DNA from: an uncultured archaeon
Lineage (GTDB): Archaea; Iainarchaeota; Iainarchaeia; Iainarchaeales; 0-14-0-20-30-16
Length of the DNA stretch: 14,681 nt
Reading direction: 5' to 3'
Assembly: GCA_964565725.1 (NCBI GenBank)
Contig: CAZMGA010000016.1
Coordinates: 1 to 14,681 of the forward strand
This document shows positions 7,901-13,319 of this stretch, one piece after another. The translations under genes were made by a program, and so were the position numbers. The notes beneath the pieces were generated by a model. It had not been told where the DNA came from. It saw only the letters and a list, made by a program, of their open reading frames with translations, and ran no database searches. How positions within the stretch are numbered: position 1 is the first letter of the stretch; each line of letters starts with the position of its first letter.

Positions 7901-8963
7901 CTTCATCAATTTTTTTTACCAAATCAAAATAAGATTTGTCAATTAAAGAATTTTTTCCATGTGCTGATTCAAAATCTAACAAAAAAGTTTTTAAAAATTC
8001 TAATTTATTCCACTCGTTTAAATTAGTTTTGTGAATTATAGATTCTATTAAATTACTAACTTGTTTAACAATACTATTAGTTCCTGAAAATGCATTAATT
8101 ATTAAAGAGATATCTGACAATGCAAAAGAACTGCTTAATAATAAACCATAAGTCAAAAAAGAAGAATAATCAGAAATATAATTTTCTTGTGAATTTAAAG
8201 TATCTATAATAACATTTAATTCATTTTTTGTATTTTCATTAACATAATATTTAAAATAAAACTCAAATGTTTTGTTAGAAATACTTTCTTTAATATCTAT
8301 ATTTTTGCCTAATAATTTTTGATATTCGTTAATAATATTGTTTAATTCTATATAATCAAAATATAATTGTGTATTTGGCATTAATAAAGGATCATATTCT
8401 AATAAATCATTTTTTATTGAAAATAAGGATAAAGTAAAATTTTGCATAGCCAAATTATTATGATTATCTAATTCCAAAAGATTATTTTTTATTTTAGTTT
8501 TATAATCAGAAAATTCTAAATCGTAAAGATCATTACAGGTATTATTAATTAAAACATAATTATATGCAATTTTATCTGAACTTTCCCAAGATGAAATTAA
8601 ATTAGATCTATAAGCGTTAATATAAATATTGGATTTTGAACTTAGATTTTTAAATACTATCTTTTCAGATATTTCGTTATAGTTTTTTGCACAATCAGAA
8701 ACATCTGGTTCTTTTTTAAATTTTGAAAAATCAGCACATATTGGATAATTATTTGGTTTTAAACTTATTTCATTACATTTTTCTCTAGCTTCAAAAATAT
8801 TGATGCAAGAATAATTTTCTGATTCCAAACTCTCATCAGAACTATCTTCTTTACAAAAATTAACACAACCAGACAAAAAAATTAAAGATACTAATAATAC
8901 ACATATAAAAAAAATAATATAGTTATTAAAACTTTTGCTACCTTTATATTTATTAAGAAGCAT
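4995..8963 (-). CDS. Giant (1322 aa) orphan cell-surface protein with an N-terminal signal or lipobox-like peptide and a C-terminal TM anchor
   Basis: This is an uninterrupted 3.97-kb ORF in a stop-rich AT background. The N-terminus has the hydrophobic segment IIFFICVLLVSLIFLSGC, with an L-S-G-C lipobox-like site at C33. A Cys-rich module follows, with 6 more Cys through residue 91. The body is very N/K/L/E/Y/S/D-rich with many N-x-S/T sequons (NLS, NNT, NFT, NKT, NIS, NTS, NIT, NLT). The C-terminus has the TM segment IYLGLGFVILLGVLYILF (nt 5067-5120), then RKK and a 20-aa charged tail. I recognise no catalytic motif or known domain. Confidence 0.8.
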   Translation of the reverse strand: MLLNKYKGSKSFNNYIIFFICVLLVSLIFLSGCVNFCKEDSSDESLESENYSCINIFEAREKCNEISLKPNNYPICADFSKFKKEPDVSDCAKNYNEISEKIVFKNLSSKSNIYINAYRSNLISSWESSDKIAYNYVLINNTCNDLYDLEFSDYKTKIKNNLLELDNHNNLAMQNFTLSLFSIKNDLLEYDPLLMPNTQLYFDYIELNNIINEYQKLLGKNIDIKESISNKTFEFYFKYYVNENTKNELNVIIDTLNSQENYISDYSSFLTYGLLLSSSFALSDISLIINAFSGTNSIVKQVSNLIESIIHKTNLNEWNKLEFLKTFLLDFESAHGKNSLIDKSYFDLVKKIDEDISVIKQENKLYKKEYLIKTKELREKIESKLIGSNNYSLLYEKYNLKSKPQELLSNLKNIEYNLDFLDANSLGEQHVYLKSLKYILEDLEDEITNYNLVDFTTLVSLCSADLINEKQNVLKIEDSKKRTILQNYLNYFFESKENEKKVLYCNKYFEILLYSENTDCINQYENLNNNLNLNTKPNKNVLLLAQNTKEFNLLKEKYFIINSKLELLEKLLNSKECVNLNDYSIIKKDYFALFERESICSDNKLLNIFLLEQNISEYYNYLNDFELNLNTSLNKGLSYYFEENYEIDNNSIKFNNYLGKMDLDFNIILNNEFISEIIPKDCLRKVSEKFNLEFKCLNENMNYNILLINEDITYKTKAINVNSNYGVLQQEVCFTKILNHYNYIDIPIDEKHISQVIISDDIKTYPSKIEDSKIKIVFENLSPKKKCVYVNYSLINPIELNYTLNSFENNIYTYDLKLKNNLNITLNKINLTIPNLQQVNNNSQIKLYSDKEYDVNIQNQLIYFKIDLLYAKQEKNLTIVFENNSYDIEKDITNLIKDIAYLEKFSWITEEKILELNQEIVKINKESVQYKKIKLISSLRAKINNLLGDCVNNSILMEKRNLELTKIFNLQKQYAFAIKKLEKDYNVKINSNLEFSILNDVLDNSNNLYSLGDIQGSLKVLEQLKLDTKSLDSAILKLYDSENLKFKELEKNAKTLNLDYSIFSNNFSKIQTNLSNRLYENDYNSAFLELDNYKSELVEFNTFIKDSTKDTNKINKDTIAKYKLYKENLNDFWKKYALLEDSFNSDHYQIIKKLGINFNFDPKDLTTVKKTLTSMSKDIVNLDSVAKEYEKNTIGLFLLSKDYDAFFYDYDLVLQSFDIIEQDLKDIAKTELLFVANKIDGEAPLEFYKAKDYYDSNNYIESIYYSKLSLMDKKSSNNNISIYLGLGFVILLGVLYILFRKKLEFPKKEQPKETYYNIEKEE

Positions 8964-8985
8964 TGATTATATATTAATTTAAGAA

Positions 8986-8993
8986 TTTATAAA
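8986..8993. promoter_or_regulatory. Palindromic TATA box (TTTATAAA) in the 44-bp divergent spacer
   Basis: Its centre is 26-27 nt from the A of the giant gene ATG (8963). No Shine-Dalgarno site precedes that ATG, which fits a leaderless mRNA. A second AT box, TTATATATTAA (about 8967-8978), is placed for the plus-strand gene at 9008. Confidence 0.45.
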
Positions 8994-9007
8994 CTTTTCG
9001 TGAGAAT

Positions 9008-9367
9008 ATGGAAGAAATAAGAATTTATATGCGTTATGAGAAAAGAGAAACTACTCCCGCATATGCGTTTTTAGAGGCTTTAGGTTTTGATAAAAATAAG
9101 GATAAAATAATTACAATATTAGAAGAATTAAAAAATAAACCCCAATCATCTTTAGAATTAAGTAAAAACACAAATTTAACTAGAAGTACAATAAACTATT
9201 ATTTGGACATGTTATTAAAAAGAGGAATTGTGTATCATTACAATAGAAAATATCATTTAGCAGGAAAGGCCTTTACTCAAATTATTCAAATAATAGAAGT
9301 AGAAACTACAAAAAGTTTACAAAAATTAAAAGAATTGGCAAAAGATTTAGATAGAGAATTACAATAG
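9008..9367 (+). CDS. Small winged-helix (ArsR/MarR/TrmB-like) transcriptional regulator with a C-terminal coiled-coil tail
   Basis: 119 aa. ILEELKNKPQSSLELSKNTNLTRSTINYYLDMLLKRGIVYHYNRKYHL has the helix-turn-helix plus wing layout of archaeal wHTH regulators. The family call rests on pattern only. Confidence 0.65.
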   Translation: MEEIRIYMRYEKRETTPAYAFLEALGFDKNKDKIITILEELKNKPQSSLELSKNTNLTRSTINYYLDMLLKRGIVYHYNRKYHLAGKAFTQIIQIIEVETTKSLQKLKELAKDLDRELQ

Positions 9368-9374
9368 GGATTTA

Positions 9375-9884
9375 ATGTTAAAATACTTATTTTATCCGGG
9401 CGTTATATTTCACGAATTAGCACATTTAATCTCTTGTTTTTTATTAAGAGTCAAAGTAAACAAATTAAAGTTTGGATTAGAAGAATCTTATGTAAAACAT
9501 GAAAAAACTGGTACTATAAAAATGGCTTTAATTGCATTATCCCCTATTTTTTTAGGCACTTTTTTTTCATTTATGTTAATTCAAATAGCAAAAACATCTA
9601 ATTCAGTATTATTACATATAATTTTGTTCTATTTTGTATTATCTATTTTATACAATTGCATTCCAAGTAATCAAGACACTAAAAATATTTTTGATATTTT
9701 GGAAGAAGAAATTAAAAATGATTGGAAAAAAACATTTTTTTATAAATTATGGCTAATATTTAAACTTTTCACGATTTATTTAATAATATTTATAATTACA
9801 AATATGGCAATAGTTTTAGACAAATTAGAAATTTTTAGAGTAATTTATATAATAATTATATTTTTATTAAGCTACTTAATTTAA
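9375..9884 (+). CDS. Minimal polytopic membrane protein with an HExxH zinc motif (site-2-protease / M50-like or DUF3267-like)
   Basis: 169 aa with 4-5 hydrophobic segments. HELAH (nt 9411-9425) sits in the first segment and N-C-I-P-S-N-Q-D (nt 9654-9677) at the end of the third, 77 residues after the HELAH motif. Its AGGGA Shine-Dalgarno site overlaps the TAG stop of the upstream wHTH gene, leaving a 7-nt gap. Confidence 0.7.
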   Translation: MLKYLFYPGVIFHELAHLISCFLLRVKVNKLKFGLEESYVKHEKTGTIKMALIALSPIFLGTFFSFMLIQIAKTSNSVLLHIILFYFVLSILYNCIPSNQDTKNIFDILEEEIKNDWKKTFFYKLWLIFKLFTIYLIIFIITNMAIVLDKLEIFRVIYIIIIFLLSYLI

Positions 9885-9912
9885 AAGATATCTTTTTAAA
9901 TATTAATTATCC

Positions 9913-9923
9913 TTTAATATATA
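9913..9923 (+). promoter_or_regulatory. TATA-like box (TTTAATATATA) upstream of tRNA-Val
   Basis: It is centred about 29 nt upstream of the tRNA 5' end at 9947. Confidence 0.35.
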
Positions 9924-9946
9924 CTAATTGTATTAACAATTATTTT

Positions 9947-10019
9947 GAGCCTATGGTCCAGTGGTTAAGATGTCGCCCTTACAAGGCGAAGATCCCCGGT
10001 TCAATCCCGGGTAGGCTCA
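9947..10019 (+). tRNA. tRNA-Val (anticodon TAC)
   Basis: Hand-folded cloverleaf. The acceptor stem is GAGCCTA/TAGGCTC (7 perfect bp). The anticodon stem is TCGCC/GGCGA with loop CT-TAC-AA. The T arm is CCCGG-TTCAATC-CCGGG and the discriminator is A. 73 nt, no encoded CCA, no intron. Confidence 0.9.
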
Positions 10020-10055
10020 TTAACCCTTTGGGCTTATAATTATAAAGTGATAAAT

Positions 10056-10214
10056 ATGGTATTTCCAGAAGCAGAAAAAAGAATATTAAATGATGTATGG
10101 ATTTGTATGCATTGCGGATCAAAACAAAGAGGTAGCAAAACAAAGGCACCTGAAAAATGTACAAAATGTAGTCGTTCAGAATTTAGAATAAAACATAAAC
10201 AAAAGAAAAAGTAA
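10056..10214 (+). CDS. rpl40e: 50S ribosomal protein L40e (eL40)
   Basis: This gene is not in the ORF track because it is only 52 aa. Hand translation gives MVFPEAEKRILNDVWICMHCGSKQRGSKTKAPEKCTKCSRSEFRIKHKQKKK. The FPEAE.R N-terminus and the C-x2-C...C-x2-C zinc ribbon are the archaeal L40e signature. It starts 36 nt after tRNA-Val. Confidence 0.85.
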   Translation: MVFPEAEKRILNDVWICMHCGSKQRGSKTKAPEKCTKCSRSEFRIKHKQKKK

Positions 10215-10239
10215 GCTTTAGCTTACTATCTATTTTTTT
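10211..10239 (+). terminator. Hairpin plus T7 tract downstream of rpl40e
   Basis: GTAAGC-TTTA-GCTTAC (10211-10226) forms a perfect 6-bp stem that overlaps the TAA stop. It is followed by TATCTA and T7 (10233-10239). Confidence 0.45.
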
Positions 10240-10276
10240 ATAGATATATTTATATATTATAAAACATTATTTTATT

Positions 10277-10957
10277 GTGATTTTAATGGAAAGTATGAAT
10301 AAAAAAACAATTGAAGCAATAATGATTATAGTTAATGAATTGGCAAAAAATAAAATTGGATCTCTTTTTGTAATTTCAAAAGATAATATTTCAAAATATT
10401 ATGATAATTTATATCCTGATTTATTCTCAAAAAATAAAGTGAGTATTTTTGAACCATCTACAAAAATTTTATTAATGAAACTTTGTGATTTAGATGGTGC
10501 AATAATTGTTTCAAATGAGGGTATTGTAAAAAGCTATGGTGCAAAAATTAAGAAAACTATGATTTTGCCAGGTCATGGAACAAGACATTCTGCCGGAAGA
10601 GGTATTTCCAAAATAAAAAATACTATTTCTATATTGTCTAGTGAAGAAGATGGAATGGTAAGAATATTTAAAAATGGGAAATTAGCAGCAGAAATAAACC
10701 CAGAAACTGGCAAAAATAGAAAATTTATTGAAAAAATTGCAGAATTATTTTCAAGGTCTGAAATTCAAGTAGCTACATCTGGTGGAGTTGCTTCTTTATT
10801 ATTGGGTTTACACCCATTAATGGCTGGAGCAATATTTACAGGATCTTGGATTATTACTAAATTTGGAATGGCTAGTTTAAAAGAGTTTATGAAAACTGGC
10901 AAAATAAAAATTGAAAAAGAAATACAAGATATTAAAAATGAAAAAAAGAAAAAATGA
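10277..10957 (+). CDS. Diadenylate cyclase (DisA_N / DAC) domain protein with a C-terminal hydrophobic segment
   Basis: KIGSLFVI, LDGAIIV (DGA at nt 10493-10501), HGTRHSAGRGIS (nt 10574-10609) and ILSSEEDGMVRIFKNGKL align block by block with the CdaA/DisA DAC motifs KIGALIVI, HDGAVI, GTRHRAA.GIS and IVSEE.G..S....G.L. The C-terminus has a roughly 30-aa hydrophobic stretch (VATSGGVASLLLGLHPLMAGAIFTGSWIIT). The start is uncertain: GTG at 10277 (track), ATG at 10286 or ATG at 10295. No Shine-Dalgarno site is present. An AT box around 10247-10263 would fit a leaderless start at 10286. Confidence 0.75.
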   Translation: MILMESMNKKTIEAIMIIVNELAKNKIGSLFVISKDNISKYYDNLYPDLFSKNKVSIFEPSTKILLMKLCDLDGAIIVSNEGIVKSYGAKIKKTMILPGHGTRHSAGRGISKIKNTISILSSEEDGMVRIFKNGKLAAEINPETGKNRKFIEKIAELFSRSEIQVATSGGVASLLLGLHPLMAGAIFTGSWIITKFGMASLKEFMKTGKIKIEKEIQDIKNEKKKK

Positions 10958-11458
10958 TTATTTTTTATCTATTTTTTCTATTTCGCTTAATACTATTTTT
11001 TTAGGTTTTTCATAATCAGTTAAACCCATAAAAGTTATTTCTGGAATTTGGGAATAACCATTTCCAGCGGTTTGAAAACCTAATCTAGAAATACCTAAAA
11101 TTTGATCCAATAAAGGTCTTAATACTTCTACATTAGTAATTTTATAAAATGGAACATATTTTTCTCTTTTTGTAATTATACCTCCATTAAAATAAATACC
11201 TTTATTAGTAATTTTATATTTGTATGTTTTAAACAATAAGTTAATGTAAAACAAATATATCGCATAGATTAATGCAAAAATTATTATTGTAAAAATATAA
11301 CTAGTTATATTTACAGTTTTTAATGCTATAAAATAAGGTAAAAATAATAATACCAACAATAAAACGATTATAATACTTTTTACTACCCATAACCAAAATA
11401 ATTTTCTTTTAGGAACATATTCATATAATGTTTTCTCTTTGCTTTCTTTAATTACCAA
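10958..11458 (-). CDS. Membrane protein with a bacterial-type PH domain (bPH_2 / YdbS-YdbT-like, DUF304)
   Basis: 166 aa. Two N-terminal TM helices are followed by YKITNKGIYFNGGIITKREKYVPFYKITNVEVLRPLLDQILGISRLGFQTAG, the typical bPH_2 core. It uses a TTG start at 11458 with a GGTGAT Shine-Dalgarno site (complement of 11463-11468) upstream. Confidence 0.75.
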   Translation of the reverse strand: MVIKESKEKTLYEYVPKRKLFWLWVVKSIIIVLLLVLLFLPYFIALKTVNITSYIFTIIIFALIYAIYLFYINLLFKTYKYKITNKGIYFNGGIITKREKYVPFYKITNVEVLRPLLDQILGISRLGFQTAGNGYSQIPEITFMGLTDYEKPKKIVLSEIEKIDKK

Positions 11459-11511
11459 AATATCACCTAATAATAAATATTAAAGTTATTTATATATTTT
11501 ATGTTAAAATT

Positions 11512-11519
11512 TTTATAAA
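11512..11519. promoter_or_regulatory. TATA box candidate (TTTATAAA), probably for the minus-strand bPH_2 gene
   Basis: This is the first of two copies of the palindromic octamer, 23 bp apart, in the 121-bp divergent spacer. Confidence 0.35.
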
Positions 11520-11534
11520 TATTTAAACTTAGCA

Positions 11535-11542
11535 TTTATAAA
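11535..11542 (+). promoter_or_regulatory. TATA box candidate (TTTATAAA) for tRNA-Arg
   Basis: Its context CATTTATAAACTTT closely matches GAATTTATAAACTTT at 8983-8997. It is centred 41 nt upstream of the tRNA 5' end, which would give a short leader. Confidence 0.4.
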
Positions 11543-11579
11543 CTTTATCTAGCCCTAATATATATAATTAATATTATAT

Positions 11580-11653
11580 GGCCCTATAGCCGAATCGGAT
11601 AAGGCGTCGGCCTTCTAAGCCGAAGATTCTGGGTTCGAGTCCCAGTAGGGTCG
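11580..11653 (+). tRNA. tRNA-Arg (anticodon TCT)
   Basis: The acceptor stem is GGCCCTA/TAGGGTC (one G-U pair). The anticodon stem is TCGGC/GCCGA with loop CT-TCT-AA. The T arm is CTGGG-TTCGAGT-CCCAG and the discriminator is G. 74 nt, no encoded CCA. Confidence 0.9.
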
Positions 11654-11654
11654 T

Positions 11655-11674
11655 ACTCTATTTAATAGAGTTTT
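11655..11674 (+). terminator. Hairpin plus T4 immediately 3' of tRNA-Arg
   Basis: ACTCTA-TTTAA-TAGAGT (11655-11671) forms a perfect 6-bp stem that runs into TTTT (11671-11674). It lies between the tRNA and the GAGGG Shine-Dalgarno site of the next gene. Confidence 0.35.
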
Positions 11675-11684
11675 GAGGGATGTT

Positions 11685-13319
11685 ATGAAATTAAAAATTT
11701 TTTTAATGATTTTTGTTTTTTGTATTGGTTTTTCTTTTGCAATTAATTTAAATCCTATATTAGATTTACCAAATGAAAATATTTCTATTAGTAAAACAAT
11801 AATTGATAGTACAGCATATAAAGAATTTATTAAAATTGGGTCTATAGGCATTGATAAAACAATTAATATTAAAAATATTATGAATTCTAATGCCAAATAT
11901 GTAACTAAAGATAGCAATTTTACTTTAGATAATGGCATAGAAATAAAAATAAAAGACATTTTTTTTGATGAAAACGTAGGGACTGAAAAAGGCGCAATAA
12001 ATATTTTTGTAGATTTATATTTTAATAATAAAAAAATTAATGCTAATGTATTGCATTTTAGAATAAGTTCAATACCAGAATATTCTGATTGGCAAAATTA
12101 TGAAGTTATGGACTTTGGAATTGGTTTAGCTTTGCCAGACAAAAAGAAAATAGAAACAAAAATTATTAATGATAAATTATATTTTAAAATAAAGTTCTTT
12201 TCTCCAAACAATATGAAAACAATAAATTCTCCTTTAGATATTTATAATTATTGTTTAAATCATTATCCTGAAAAAAGTTGTTTAAGATATATACCCTATT
12301 ATCCTAGACCTAATGAAATAAGTTATGAAAATGAAAAAATAGTGGTTATTGGCCCAGACAATGAAAATACAAAAAAATATTTTGATAACGCAAATAATTG
12401 TTATGCAATTTTAAAAGATGAATTAGATATTGACCCTGCTTTACCTGTACCTATAAGATTATTAAATAATATAACAGTAAATGTTGCAGGGGCAACGGGC
12501 ATTCAAATGGTTAGTAAAAATTTAAAAGATGAAAACTATTGTGATACTATTTTATTACACGAAATGAGTCATTATTTTATTACTCCTTGGGTAATTAATG
12601 ATGTTTTTAATGAGGGTTTTGCAACATATTTTGAAAATAAATATACTCCTTTAGAAGAAACTAGCTTATTAAAAGATAATGTTATTTTTACAGACAATTT
12701 ACATTTGATGAAAAATAGTTTATATTTAAGTTTAAATACAAGCGACAATTATTCTTTATTTTTTCAATATTTATTAAAAGAAAATAATGAATATGAATAT
12801 ATTAATCATTTTATTTTACATACAGGTTATGCCACTTATTTAGAACAAGATCCTAGTTTGCCTATAATTTATGCTAAAATGGATAATAATAATTTAAAAG
12901 TGCAATTTTACAATTATAAGAAAATAAATAAAAAATTATTGTGTATTAATAATGGATATCAAGAAAAAACTGGTTGGCAAACAGAAAATGAAATATTATA
13001 TTCTTATTTTGGAGCAAATTCTGCAAAAGGTTTTGCATACTTAGATAATTATTTAATTACAGACAATTATGAAGAAATGTATAATACTTCTGCGTGCTTT
13101 TGGACAGAAATATTTGATAATATAACTATAAAAGATTTAGTAAAAGAAATGAAAAAATATCAAAAGTTTAACAGCAAAGAATTTCCTTTTTTTGAATATT
13201 TAGAAAAAAATAATATTAACGTAGATTTATTAAGTAAAAAATACGGATTTAGCATTAAACCACAAAAGTCAGCATATCATTATATATATGCTACAAAAGG
13301 AAATGTAGGGCTTTATTAG
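11685..13319 (+). CDS. Secreted zinc metallopeptidase (gluzincin / MA-clan-like)
   Basis: The signal peptide is MKLKIFLMIFVFCIGFSFA. HEMSH (nt 12558-12572) is followed after 13 residues by NEGFATYFE (Glu at 12612-12614), resembling the HExxH...NEGFA arrangement of M1/MA peptidases. I prefer the ATG at 11685 over the track's TTG at 11673, because GAGGG (11675-11679) sits 5 nt upstream of the ATG. Confidence 0.75.
   Translation: MKLKIFLMIFVFCIGFSFAINLNPILDLPNENISISKTIIDSTAYKEFIKIGSIGIDKTINIKNIMNSNAKYVTKDSNFTLDNGIEIKIKDIFFDENVGTEKGAINIFVDLYFNNKKINANVLHFRISSIPEYSDWQNYEVMDFGIGLALPDKKKIETKIINDKLYFKIKFFSPNNMKTINSPLDIYNYCLNHYPEKSCLRYIPYYPRPNEISYENEKIVVIGPDNENTKKYFDNANNCYAILKDELDIDPALPVPIRLLNNITVNVAGATGIQMVSKNLKDENYCDTILLHEMSHYFITPWVINDVFNEGFATYFENKYTPLEETSLLKDNVIFTDNLHLMKNSLYLSLNTSDNYSLFFQYLLKENNEYEYINHFILHTGYATYLEQDPSLPIIYAKMDNNNLKVQFYNYKKINKKLLCINNGYQEKTGWQTENEILYSYFGANSAKGFAYLDNYLITDNYEEMYNTSACFWTEIFDNITIKDLVKEMKKYQKFNSKEFPFFEYLEKNNINVDLLSKKYGFSIKPQKSAYHYIYATKGNVGLY

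Noticed and set aside
4995-8963. Internal tandem domain repeats in the giant protein
   Set aside because: By eye there are only compositional recurrences (NLN, NNN and KK runs), with no periodic block I could align. A proper repeat search is needed before making any claim.
9979-10164. 61-aa minus-strand ORF from the track
   Set aside because: It overlaps the 3' half of tRNA-Val and lies antisense to the convincing rpl40e frame.
11615-11959. 114-aa minus-strand ORF from the track
   Set aside because: It overlaps tRNA-Arg and lies antisense to the signal-peptide region of the metallopeptidase gene. Its hydrophobic translation is a shadow of that gene.
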